From: an uncultured Candidatus Rokubacteria bacterium
GTDB lineage: Bacteria > Methylomirabilota > Methylomirabilia > Rokubacteriales > CSP1-6
Direction: 5' to 3'
Assembly (NCBI GenBank): GCA_963789955.1
Contig: CAWBMV010000001.1
Span: 608,001-672,000, forward strand
Length of the DNA stretch: 64,000 nt
Part shown: one piece after another, positions 10,201 to 20,177 of the stretch
Layout: each line of letters opens with the position of its first letter
How positions within the stretch are numbered: position 1 is the stretch's first letter
Translations under genes and position numbers: made by a program
Notes under the pieces: generated by a model
Told to the model about the DNA's origin: nothing
Database searches by the model: none
What the model saw: the letters and a program-made list of their open reading frames with translations, nothing else

Positions 10201-11184
10201 ATGGAACTTCGAAATCTCGGCAAGACGGGTCTCAGGGTCTCGACGCTCGGATTCGGCTGCGGCAACGTCGGCGGGCTCATCATCCGCGGCACGCCGGCCG
10301 AGCGCGAGCGCGCCGTCGCGAGGGCGATGGACCTCGGCGTCAACTACTTCGATACCGCGCCGTCGTACGGTGACGGCGAGTCCGAGAAGAACCTCGGCCA
10401 GGTCCTGAAGGCCCTGCGCGCGCGCGTGCAGGTCGGCACGAAGTTCCGTCTCGATCCTCCCGATCTTCACGACATCCCCGGCGCGGTCGCCCGTTCGCTC
10501 GACGCGAGCCTGCAGCGGCTCGGTATGGAGCGCGTCGATCTGTTTCAGCTCCACAATCGCATCGAGCCCGCGCGCGGCCGCAACGCCCTGAGCCTCGGCG
10601 ACGTTCTGAGCGAAGTCGTGCCGGCCGTGCAGAAGCTCCGGCAGCAGGGGAAGGTCGGGTTCTGCGGCATCACCGCGCTCGGCGAGACCCGCTCGCTGCA
10701 CCAGGCGATCGACGCGGGAACGATCGACACGGCGCAGGTCTGCTACAACCTGCTCAATCCAAGCGCCGGCACCGCGGTGCCGGCGGGCTTCCCCGCCCAG
10801 GATTTCGGCGGGCTCCTCAACCGCACCCGCGAGCGCCGCGTCGGCGTCGTCGTCATCCGCGTGCTCGCCGCCGGCGCGCTCAGCGGCGTCGAGACGCGGC
10901 ATCCGGTCGCGGTGCCCTCGGTGGATCCGATCGCGACCGCGCCGGACTATCGAACCGACGTGGCCACGGCGCAGAAGCTCGGCGCGCTCGTGCGGGAAGG
11001 GTACGTCGAGAACCTGGTCGAAGCGTCGATACGTCTGGCGGTGGGGTCGGATGCCGTGTCGACGATCCTGGTCGGCTACTCGAGCCTCGAGCATCTCGAA
11101 GCCGCTGCGGCGGCGGTCAATCGCGGGCCGCTTCCCGCCGCCGCGCTCGAGCGGCTCGGCGCGCTCTGGTCCGGGCTCGCCTAG
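10201..11184 (+). CDS. aldo/keto reductase
   Basis: LGKTGLRVSTLGFGC, GVNYFDTAPSYG, TK, SLQRLGMERVDLFQLH; GGGAGG RBS. Confidence 0.93.
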   Translation: MELRNLGKTGLRVSTLGFGCGNVGGLIIRGTPAERERAVARAMDLGVNYFDTAPSYGDGESEKNLGQVLKALRARVQVGTKFRLDPPDLHDIPGAVARSLDASLQRLGMERVDLFQLHNRIEPARGRNALSLGDVLSEVVPAVQKLRQQGKVGFCGITALGETRSLHQAIDAGTIDTAQVCYNLLNPSAGTAVPAGFPAQDFGGLLNRTRERRVGVVVIRVLAAGALSGVETRHPVAVPSVDPIATAPDYRTDVATAQKLGALVREGYVENLVEASIRLAVGSDAVSTILVGYSSLEHLEAAAAAVNRGPLPAAALERLGALWSGLA

Positions 11185-11600
11185 GCCCGGTTGACCCGCA
11201 CGATCGCCCAGCCGAACGCGCGTACGCGCGCGTCGACGTCGGGCCGCGCGCGCCGGCCGCGCGCGCGCCGCTCGACCATCCACGGCGACTCGTGCTGTCG
11301 GCGCTCGCCGCGTCGGCGGTCGAAGATCACCTCGGCCCAGTCGACATCGGAGAAGGCGCGCTGCAGATAGCCATGATAGCTACCCGCCTGACGGGAGACG
11401 ATGAAGAGGAGCCGGTGCCGCCACTGTTTCAGGACGTGGGTGACGTTGAGCACCCTGATGAGCTCGCCCAGGCTCGTGTGGATGACGCCGGCGTCGCCGC
11501 CGTTCGCGCGCATCACGGTGTCGATCTGCTCGACCCGCATGCGGCTCGTGCGTCCGTCCTGAGTCGTGAACTCGATCCATCGTCCGCCGGGATCGTCCAT
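11181..11600 (-). CDS. hypothetical protein with C-terminal VIFDRRRGERR domain
   Basis: GGGGAG RBS before ATG; ordinary protein composition; stop overlaps the convergent AKR stop. Confidence 0.65.
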   Translation of the reverse strand: MDDPGGRWIEFTTQDGRTSRMRVEQIDTVMRANGGDAGVIHTSLGELIRVLNVTHVLKQWRHRLLFIVSRQAGSYHGYLQRAFSDVDWAEVIFDRRRGERRQHESPWMVERRARGRRARPDVDARVRAFGWAIVRVNRA

Positions 11601-11732
11601 CGCGCTCCCCCCTGTGAAGAATGTTTCGGGGAGACACGCTAGCAATCAGGCTGTTCAGCCCACGAAGGAAATCGAAGACGCGAGAGGTTGTCGGCGCCGT
11701 CGCCGGCGGCTACCGGATCTGGTGGCCCGTCG

Positions 11733-12824
11733 TCACGCTTCGACGTCGACCCACGCGCCGCGCCGCGCCGATTCGAGCGTGGCGTCGAGCACGCTCTGCG
11801 CGCGGAGCCCGTCGACGAGGGACGGCGACGGCGTCTGGCCCGTTCGAATCCCGTGGAGCATGCGCTCGACCAGCGGCGCGATCAGCGCCTTGCCCATGAC
11901 GTCGCTCTGATCGCCGTCGCCGGCCGCGGCCGGCGGCGTCCAGCGCGGGGCCACGACCTGGAAGTCGGCGCCGCCGCGGCTCGCCGATAGCTCGCCTTCG
12001 AACCACCGCGGCCCCTCGCGGGTGAGGCGGTAGCGGAGCGCGCCGCCGTTGCCCCACGCCTCCAGTGACTGGTCGTTCGTCGCGTGCGCGACGCGACTGA
12101 CCGTGAAGGCCACGTGCGCGCCCGAGGCGAGCACGCCCAGCACCGAGCAGTGGTCGTCCGCGTCGGCGGGTCGATTCACGCCGGGGGCCTGGCGCGCGGG
12201 ATACGCGACCCCGGGATCGACGACGACACGCGCGAACTCGCCGAAGTTCCAGCGGATCAGGTCGATGACGTGGACGCCCATGTCGCCCATCGCGCCGTGG
12301 CCGGCCTGGGCGCGGTCCTGCCGCCAGGACGGCGCGGCCTTCTCGTCGGCCAGGCGCGAGCCGAACCAGCGCGCGGCAAGGTTGAAGACGCGCCCGACGA
12401 CGTTCTCGCCCACGGTCGCGTGAAACTGCAGCATCGCGGCGCTGAACCGCCAGTTGAAGGCGGTCATGCCGATGCGGCCGGCCCGCGCCGCCGCGTCCAC
12501 CATCGCCTGCGCCTCGGCGCGTGACATCGCGAGCGGCTTCTCGCAGAGGACGTGGGCGCCCGCCGCGAACGCGCGGAGCGCGATCGCGTGATGGAGAACC
12601 GGCGGTGTGGCGATCACGACGATCTCGGGCCGCGCCTCGTCGATCATCCGTTCCCAGCTCTCGAACACGCGTGGCACGCCGTAACGATCCGCCACCGCTT
12701 TCGCGCCCGCCTGATCGCGCTGGCACACGGCGACCACGCGGCAGCCGTTGGCCTGAAACGCGGGGATGTGGGCGCGGCCGTATCGGAGGCCGATGACACC
12801 GACGGTCGGTTCTTGTGCGCTCAT
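11733..12824 (-). CDS. Gfo/Idh/MocA family oxidoreductase
   Basis: VGVIG...G..H, IATPP..H, HVLCEKP, GAMGDMGVHVID. Confidence 0.93.
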   Translation of the reverse strand: MSAQEPTVGVIGLRYGRAHIPAFQANGCRVVAVCQRDQAGAKAVADRYGVPRVFESWERMIDEARPEIVVIATPPVLHHAIALRAFAAGAHVLCEKPLAMSRAEAQAMVDAAARAGRIGMTAFNWRFSAAMLQFHATVGENVVGRVFNLAARWFGSRLADEKAAPSWRQDRAQAGHGAMGDMGVHVIDLIRWNFGEFARVVVDPGVAYPARQAPGVNRPADADDHCSVLGVLASGAHVAFTVSRVAHATNDQSLEAWGNGGALRYRLTREGPRWFEGELSASRGGADFQVVAPRWTPPAAAGDGDQSDVMGKALIAPLVERMLHGIRTGQTPSPSLVDGLRAQSVLDATLESARRGAWVDVEA

Positions 12825-13171
12825 GGCGGCATTGTACTGGGCGTGCCACCGTCGTCCAAGACGACGCGACAGCTCAGCAGCGCGCCCCACGTCGCCACCA
12901 GGAACGGCACCAGATAGGTGAGGGGCACCTTCCACATGAGGGCGGCCGGCCACCTCGCGGAGAGCAGCACGTCACCCTGGTTGATGGCCAGCAGCACGGT
13001 GCCGACGAAGGCGGCGATCCCGAGCGAGCGCTTCAACAGGGGCGGGTGTCGCAGCGCGCACCGCCCGCACTTGAGAACGGAGCCGGAGCCCGTCCGGAAC
13101 AGGAAGAAAAATCGGGCGTATGCGCGCCCGCAGGCGTCACACGGGGAGCCGGCCGCCGGCGGCGGATTCAC
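12821..13171 (-). CDS. NrtS-like small membrane protein with N-terminal CxxC...CxxC motif
   Basis: VGTVLLAINQGD...KVPLTYLVPFLVATWG matches the NrtS family pattern as I recall it; N-terminal CDAC...CGRC. Confidence 0.7.
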   Translation of the reverse strand: MNPPPAAGSPCDACGRAYARFFFLFRTGSGSVLKCGRCALRHPPLLKRSLGIAAFVGTVLLAINQGDVLLSARWPAALMWKVPLTYLVPFLVATWGALLSCRVVLDDGGTPSTMPP

Positions 13172-13304
13172 GCGCCGATTCTAGCGCTCACCGGCGTCTT
13201 AGGGCCTTTCCGACCCCGGTGCCGAACGTGGTATACCGGAATAGCCACCACATGAAGCATCGCGCGATCAACCGCATCGGCATCGAACGCCCCGGAGGTC
13301 TCTC

Positions 13305-13778
13305 GTGACCGGTCTTCGCTTCGGCCAGGCGGCACCGAGCTTCACCTTGCCGTCGAGCGCGGGCGGCGAGGCGTCGCTGGCCGACTTCAAGGGCAAGGAC
13401 GTCGTGCTCGTCTTCTATTGCTACGACTGGGGGGGCATCTGAACGCCCGAGCTCAGCGACCTGGGCCGGGTCGCCGAAGAGATCACGAGGCGGGGCGCCG
13501 CGGTGGTCGCCATCAGCGGTGACAGCCCCTTCTGCCACACGGCCTTCATGAAGGCGCGAAATTTCCCGTTTCCGCTGCTGAGCGACGTGCACCGCGCCGC
13601 GATCCGCGCCTACGGCGTCCTCGACGCCGATCGCAACGTCGCCTACCGCTCGACCTTCGTCGTGGACCGCGACGGCGTGCTGCGCTGGGGCCAGGCCGGG
13701 GATCGCGAGATGATTCGTGACGGAAGCGAGATCCTTCGCGTCCTCGACGTGATCGATGGGCTCCGGCGGAAGCGCTGA
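13305..13778 (+). CDS. peroxiredoxin (AhpC/TSA/BCP-like), candidate selenoprotein, UGA=Sec at codon 46 (13440-13442)
   Basis: GGAGG RBS + GTG 13305. Translation MTGLRFGQAAPSFTLP...KGKDVVLVFYCYDWGGI-U-TPELSDL continues in frame into ORF 13503-13778 (ISGDS, FPLLSD, YRSTFVVD). The TGA aligns with the peroxidatic Cys of FYPxDFTxVCTxE. Confidence 0.88.
13445..13471 (+). promoter_or_regulatory. putative bacterial SECIS hairpin of the peroxiredoxin gene
   Basis: GCCCG-A-GCUCAG(CGAC)CUGGGC-CGGGU directly 3' of the UGA; G at loop position 2. Confidence 0.6.
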
Positions 13779-13786
13779 GTTGGGGC

Positions 13787-14725
13787 ATGAGCCTCCAACC
13801 CCAGGACGTCTTCCGCAAGCTCGCGCAGAACGTCGAGACGGTCATGCGCGGCCAGTCCGGCGCGATCCGTCGATTGCTCGCCGCGTTCGCGAGCGGCGGC
13901 CACGTCCTGCTCGAGGACTATCCCGGCACCGGCAAGACGACCCTCGCGAAGGCGCTCGCGCGGTCGATCGGCGGGCGCTTCAAGCGCATCCAGTTCACGC
14001 CTGATCTCCTGCCGTCGGACATCCTCGGGGTGTCCGTGTTCGACCAGCGCGACCACGCCTTTCACTTCCACGAGGGCCCGGTCTTCACCAACGTGCTGCT
14101 GGCCGACGAGATCAACCGCGCCTCGCCCCGGACGCAGTCGGCGCTCCTGGAGGCGATGGCCGAGAGTCAGGTCTCGGTCGAGGGCAGCTCCTACCGCCTC
14201 TCGGAGCTGTTCTTCGTCATCGCCACGCAGAATCCGGTCGAGTTCCGCGGCACCTATCCGTTGCCCGAGGCGCAGATGGACCGCTTCGCCGTGCAGCTGA
14301 GCCTCGGCTACGTGGCGCCCGAGGACGAGGTGGCGATCCTCTCGGCGCAGGCGGAGCGCCATCCGATCGACACTCTGACGGCGTGCGTCTCGATCGACGA
14401 CGTGCTCATGGTGCGCCGGCGCGCCGCCGGGGTCCGCATGAGCGACGAGCTGAAGCGCTACGCGGTCGACGTCGTGCGCGCGACGCGCGCCGCGAACGGC
14501 ATCCAGCTCGGCGCCAGCCCGCGCGCCTCGCTCGCGCTCATGAAGGCCGCCCAGGCGCTGGCGCTCTCCGAGGGGCGCGAGTTCGTGATCCCGGAGGACG
14601 TCCGGGAAATGGCGGTGCCCGTCATCGCGCATCGCATGGTCGTCGAGCCGCAGGCGCGCTTCGCCGGCGTGACGACGGCCGGGCTCGTCGAGGAGATTCT
14701 CGCGAAAGTCCCGATGCCGTCGTAG
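13787..14725 (+). CDS. moxR: MoxR family AAA+ ATPase
   Basis: GHVLLED.PGTGKT, RIQFTPDLLPSD, LADEINRA, ATQNP.E..GTYPLPEAQ.DRF. Confidence 0.95.
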   Translation: MSLQPQDVFRKLAQNVETVMRGQSGAIRRLLAAFASGGHVLLEDYPGTGKTTLAKALARSIGGRFKRIQFTPDLLPSDILGVSVFDQRDHAFHFHEGPVFTNVLLADEINRASPRTQSALLEAMAESQVSVEGSSYRLSELFFVIATQNPVEFRGTYPLPEAQMDRFAVQLSLGYVAPEDEVAILSAQAERHPIDTLTACVSIDDVLMVRRRAAGVRMSDELKRYAVDVVRATRAANGIQLGASPRASLALMKAAQALALSEGREFVIPEDVREMAVPVIAHRMVVEPQARFAGVTTAGLVEEILAKVPMPS

Positions 14726-14740
14726 CGCACCCATACCGGT

Positions 14741-16067
14741 ATGAAGCGGCTTCTGTATCGCTGGTTCAGCTCCTTCTCGGCGTTCCAGTACCGGCTCGAC
14801 CGGCGCTGCACGCGCGCCGGCTCGCTCGCCCTCGGCGTGCTCGGCGCCGCGATCGTGATCGGCCTCGACACCAATCGCACGGTCGGCTACCAGGTCTTCA
14901 CCCTCGTGCTCGCGCTCGTGATCCTCTCGGCGGCCTCGAGCCTGGTCTTTCGCGGGCGGTTCACGGCGCGCCGGATCCTGCCGCGCTTCGCGTCCGTCGG
15001 CGTGCCGGTGACGTACCGCGTGGCGATCACCAATCAGACGGACCGCCGCCAGGACGGTCTGGTGCTCATCGAGGAGCTCACCGATCCGCGCCCGTCGTTC
15101 GAGGAGTTCGTGACGGCGCGCGAGCCCGGCGAGGAGCGGCGGAACTGGTTCGACCGCCAGGTGGGCTATCCGCGCTGGGCCTGGCTCGTCTCGCAGAAGC
15201 GCGGGGCCGTGATCCCGCCGCGGCCGCTGCCCGCGCTCGCGCCCTCGGGCGAGACCGAGGTGAGCCGTCGAGATCACCCCGCTGCGCCGCGGCCACCTGC
15301 GATTCCGAGGGATCACGATCGCGCGGCCGGATCCGCTGGGGCTGGTCCAGGCGCTCAAGTCGATCGAGCTCTCCCAGTCGCTCCTGATCCTGCCCAAGCG
15401 CTATCCGATGGCGGAGATCCGGATGGCGGGCACCCGCAAGTACCAGCCGGGCGGGGTCGCGCTCGCGTCGACCGTCGGCGACTCCGAGGAGTTCGTGTCC
15501 CTGCGCGACTATCGCTCCGGCGATCCGATGCGGCGCATCCACTGGAAGAGCTACGCCCGCGTCGGCCGGCCGGTCGTGAAGGAGTATCTCGACGAGTTCT
15601 TCGTGCGGCACGCGCTCGTGCTCGACACGTTCACGACCCACCTCGGCGACCCGGTCTTCGAGGAAGCCGTCTCGGTCGCGGCGTCGATCGCGATCTCGAT
15701 GCAGACCCAGGAGTCGCTGCTCGATCTGATGTTCGTCGGGCCCGAAGCCTATTGCTTCACCGCCGGGCGCGGGCTCGCCCACACCGAGCAGCTCCTCGAG
15801 GTGCTGGCGTGCGTGGGCCCGTGCCGCGACAAGCCGTTCCGCTCCCTCCACCACGCCGTGATCGACCGTCTCGATCTGCTGAGCGGCTGCGTCTGCGTGC
15901 TCCTGGGGTGGGACGACGCGCGGCAGGAGCTCATCCGTCATCTGGAAGCGCTCGGCACGCCGACGCGCGTGTTCGTCGTCGGTCAGGGCGCCACGCTGGA
16001 CCGGCTGCCCGATAACGTGCATCGGCTGGAAGTCGGGCGGATCGCCGAGGGGCTCGCGTGCTTGTGA
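14741..16067 (+). CDS. DUF58 domain protein (frameshift near 15268)
   Basis: PLRRG...DPLGL and EF.SLRDYR.GD.MRRIHWK motifs across two frames; typical moxR neighbour. Confidence 0.88.
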
Positions 16068-18082
16068 CGCCGCCTCCGATGCTGCTCGGCGCCTCGCTCC
16101 TCTTCTGGGGGTGGCAGACCGGGTTTCTGTTCCTCGCGCTGCCGCTGGCGGTGCTGGTCGAGGCCGCGCGGGCCGTCACGTGGCGCCTCGAGCTCTCCGC
16201 GAGCGACTTTCATCGGCTCACCGACCTCTGCACCCTGCTGATCGTCGTCAGCGGCATCTATCTCTTCTCGACCACCGGGACTTCGCGCGCCGCCGCCGCC
16301 GACGGCCCGCGCGCGATGACACTCCTGTTCCAGTGGATGCCGCTCCTGCTGTTTCCGCTGATCGCGAGCCAGCTCTACAGCACGGCCGCGAAGGTCCCGC
16401 TGACGGCGTTTTTCTGGGCGCTCCGGCGTCAGGCGGCGCGCTCGCCGGAGACGCGACCGGGCGTGGTCGATCTCGGCTATCTCTACTTCGCGATCTGCAT
16501 CCTGGCCGCGAGCGCGGCCAATCGGCGCACGCTCGAGTTCTACGCGGGGCTGTGCGTCCTCGCGGGGTGGGCCCTGTGGCCGTGGCGCTCGCGGCGCTTC
16601 TCGCCCCTCTGGTGGGTGCCGATGCTCGGCATCGCGGCCGTCGCCGGGTACGGTGGCCACGTCGCGCTGCACCGGTTCCAGCAGGCGGTCGAGCAGACGG
16701 TGTTCGACTACATCTTCAGCATGGTCCGCGGCGACGCGGATCCGTTTCGCGTGACGACGGCCATCGGCCACCTCGGCCGCTTGAAGCTCTCGGACCGCAC
16801 GATCCTGCGCGTCGAGCCGCGCGACGGACTGCACCTGCCGTTCCTGCTGCGCGAGGTGAGCTACGACGTGTACAACTCGCCGGCGTGGCTCGCCTCGAGC
16901 GCCGGGTTCAGCGCCGTCCAGCCCGAGGCCGACGGTGAGACGTGGAAGTTCTCGACCGGTCACAGCGCGGCCGAGCGGGTCACCGTCTCGGCATACCTGA
17001 ATCGGGGGCGGGGTGTGCTCTCCCTGCCGGGCGGCGCCTTCGAGATCGATCGTCTCGCGGTGGTCGGCGTCAATCGCAACCGGCTCGGCGCGGTGAAGGT
17101 CGAGGAAGGACTCGGGCTCGTCACGTACACGGCGCTCTTCGCGCCCGACGGCCCGCTCGACGGGCCGCCGACCGACGCCGATCTTCACGTCCCGCCGCGG
17201 GAAGCCGAGATCGTCTCCCGAGTCGCGGCGGACCTGCATCTCGCCGGCAGCCCGGCCACCGAGAAAATCGAGACCATCGCCGCCTACTTCCGGCGGAACT
17301 TCCGCTATTCGACCTGGAAGGGTGAGCGCCCGCGGAAGGAGTCGGCGCTCGAGGAGTTCCTGCTGAACTCGCGCGCCGGGCACTGCGAGTACTTCGCCAC
17401 CGCGACGACCTTGCTGCTGCGCGCGGCGGGAGTGCCGGCTCGCTACGCGGTCGGCTTCTCGGTCCAGGAGTGGAGCCGCCTCGAGCAGCGGTACATCGTG
17501 CGCGCACGCCACGCTCACTCGTGGACGCTCGCGTACGTGAACGGCGCCTGGCGCGACGTGGACACCACGCCGCCGGTGTGGGCCGACGCCGACCAGATGT
17601 GAGTCGTCGATCCTGGAGCCCGTGCATGATCTGTGGTCCTTCGCCGGGTTTCTGTTCTCGCGCTGGCGCTGGAGCGAGGAGGACAACGGCATCGGCCGGT
17701 ACGCCGCCTGGCTGCTGATCCCGCTGGTCTTGCTGCTCGTCTGGCGTCTCTATTCGCGCCGGCGCGTGGGCCGCGGCGCGACGGCGCCGCCGCCGGCGCC
17801 CACCTTCGTTCGCCCGGGCCAGGACTCCGAGTTCTATCTGATCGCCGAGCGCCTGCGCGCCGCGGGGCTCGGCCGCCAAGGCAACGAGCCGCCGTCGCGT
17901 GGATCGAGCGAATCCACGCGACGGACCTCGCCCCGATCCTCGACCTCCACTACCGCTATCGCTTCGACCCCGCCGGCCTCAAGCCCACCGAGCGCTCCGC
18001 ACTACGGGCGCAATCGGAGGCATGGCTGCGCGACCACGAGCCGACGGAGACGACCGTGACCGGCGGCCGGGGGGCGGGCTAG
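16058..18082 (+). CDS. TgpA-like membrane transglutaminase-domain protein (frameshifts near 17600 and 17895)
   Basis: TM N-terminus; GHCEYFATA, HAHSW, W..VD.TP catalytic triad; C-terminal LHYRYRFDP (DUF4129-like). Confidence 0.88.
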
Positions 18083-18234
18083 GCTCGCGGGCGGGGTCAG
18101 CGCGACCCGTTCCCGTCCAAGCGCACGTCGGTCGTCGCGCGCCCGGATGGAGCCCAGCCGCCGCGGAGCAGCGCACGCGTGCCGCGTGGTCGCGCGACCC
18201 CGCCCGCGAGCCTAGCCCGCCCTCTCGGCCGCCG
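18061..18234. repeat. long inverted-repeat (MITE-like) element overlapping the stop codon of the transglutaminase gene
   Basis: 18072-18098 is the exact reverse complement of 18196-18222 (27 bp). It extends outward to 18061/18234 and inward (18100-18107 with 18188-18195). CTAG at 18079-18082 and 18212-18215. Confidence 0.8.
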
Positions 18235-18271
18235 CCGCAAGCCGCTTCACGATCATGCTAGAGTTGCCGCC

Positions 18272-19405
18272 ATGACATTCCCGCTAGCGACCTCCAGCGT
18301 AGAAGCGCTCGGTCTGGACCCCAAGCCGATCGGCCGTCTCCGCGAGCTGATCACGGCCCACATCGCCGAGGGACGCTACCCCGCGGCGCAGATCGCCGTC
18401 GCGCGACACGGCAAGCTCGGCCTCGTGTGGACGCTCGGCGACGCGCGCCTCGAGCCTCAGCGCGTGCCCGCGCGCGACGAGACGCTCTGGCTGCTGTTCT
18501 CGAACACGAAGGTCATCACCGCGTGCGCGGTGTGGCTCCTGGTCGAGCGCGGCGCGCTGGCGTTCACCGACCGGGTCGCCGATCACGTGCCCGGGTTCGA
18601 GGCCAACGGCAAGGGCGACATCTCGATCATCCAGCTCCTCTCGCACCAGGGCGGCTTCCCGAACGCCGAGGTGCCGAAGGCCGCGTGGGAGGATCACGAG
18701 CTCCTGCGGCGCTCGGTGTGCGGCTTCACGCTCGAGTGGACGCCGGGCTCGCGTGTGGTCTATCACCGCGGCGCCGCGCACTGGGTCGCCGCGGTCCTGA
18801 TCGAGGCGCTCACCAAGACGGACTATCGCGCGTTCATCCGCGAGAACATCGCCGAGCCGCTCGGTCTCGCCGACGAGCTGTTCGTCGGCCTGCCCGATCG
18901 CGTGCACGCGCGCGCGGTCGACATGCACGAGCCGTCTGCCGACGGCGGCGGGCGGCCGGTGCGACGCGGCGAGGAAAGCTCCGCCGAGGCGCGGCGCGCC
19001 GGCTCGCCGGGCGGCGGCGGGTACGCGACCGCGCGCGCGATGGCGGCGTTCTACCAGATGCTGCTCCAGGGCGGCCAGCTCGGCGGCGCGCGGATTCTCT
19101 CGCCGCGGACGATCGCCTACGTCACGCGCAACTACACCGGCGACCGGGTCGACGCCTACATGGGCATGCCGATGCATCGCGGGCTCGGCCCGCACCTGCG
19201 CGGCACCACGGAGACGATTCGCGGCCTCGGCTCGCTCGCGTCGCCGAGAACGTTCGGTCACGGCGGCGTCGGCTCCTCGTATTGCTGGGCCGATCCGGAC
19301 TCCGGGGTCTCGTTCGCGTACCTGACCAACAGCCGCGTGCCCGATCCGTGGCACTCGGCGCGGCTCGATCGCGTCAGCAACCTCGTCCACACCGCGATCG
19401 TGTAG
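18272..19405 (+). CDS. serine hydrolase, beta-lactamase-related family
   Basis: FSNTK (SxxK), LLSHQGG, YH, FGHGG motifs. Confidence 0.92.
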   Translation: MTFPLATSSVEALGLDPKPIGRLRELITAHIAEGRYPAAQIAVARHGKLGLVWTLGDARLEPQRVPARDETLWLLFSNTKVITACAVWLLVERGALAFTDRVADHVPGFEANGKGDISIIQLLSHQGGFPNAEVPKAAWEDHELLRRSVCGFTLEWTPGSRVVYHRGAAHWVAAVLIEALTKTDYRAFIRENIAEPLGLADELFVGLPDRVHARAVDMHEPSADGGGRPVRRGEESSAEARRAGSPGGGGYATARAMAAFYQMLLQGGQLGGARILSPRTIAYVTRNYTGDRVDAYMGMPMHRGLGPHLRGTTETIRGLGSLASPRTFGHGGVGSSYCWADPDSGVSFAYLTNSRVPDPWHSARLDRVSNLVHTAIV

Positions 19406-19417
19406 CGCGCTCCGGCC

Positions 19418-20177
19418 ATGGCGCCGCGCAGGGTGCTCGTGACCGGCATGAGCGGGCTCATCGGCGGCGCGCTCCGCCGCCACCTCGAGGGCACGTACGA
19501 GCTGTCGGCCCTGAACCGGCGGCCGATCCCCGGCGTGAAGTGCCATCAGGGCGACATCGCCGACCTCGACGCCATCGCGCCGGCCTTCGCCGGCATCGAC
19601 ACGGTCGTGCACCTCGCGGCGCGTACCGGCTCGAGCGACGTCGTTCCAGGAGATCCTCCAGGCCAACGTGATCGGCACCTACAACGTCTTCGAGGCCGCC
19701 CGCCGCGCCGGTGTCGGCCGCGTCGTCTACGCGTCGAGCGGCGCGACGGTCAGCGCCTGGGAGCGCGAGCCGCCCTACAGCGCCCTGGTCGCCGGGCGCT
19801 ACGACGAGGCGAAATCGTGGACGACGATGACCCACGAGATGCCGCTGCGACCGGCCGGCCTCTACGGTGCCAGCAAGATCTGGGGCGAGGCAATCGCGCG
19901 TCACTACTCCGACACGTACAATCTGTCGGCGATCTGTGTCCGCATCGGGCGCGTGCTCGCCGCCGACCGTCCGACCTCGGCGCGCGAGTTCTCGGTCTTC
20001 TGCAGTCAGCGCGACGTCGTGCGGATGATCGAGCTGTGCATCACCGCGCCGCCCGCGCTCAAGTTCGACGTCTTTTACGCAGTCTCCGACAATCGCTGGG
20101 GCTACCGCGACCTCGAGCACGCCCGCCGCGTCCTCGGCTTCGAGCCGCGCGACCGGGCGGAGGACTATCGCCGATGA
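19418..20177 (+). CDS. NAD-dependent epimerase/dehydratase (uronate dehydrogenase-like; frameshift near 19630)
   Basis: VLVTGMSGLIG, VVHLAA, NVIGTYNVFEAA, YASS, YGASK, RIG. Confidence 0.88.

Noticed and set aside
13252..13308. 18-aa uORF (MKHRAINRIGIERPGGLS) overlapping the peroxiredoxin GTG
   Set aside because: No SD or clear promoter, and the Prx has its own GGAGG; may be chance. Not supportable from sequence alone.
17600..17602. TGA in the transglutaminase gene as a third Sec codon
   Set aside because: The protein continues in a different frame (ESSILEPVHDLW), another stop follows in frame, and no Cys motif or hairpin is present. It is a frameshift.
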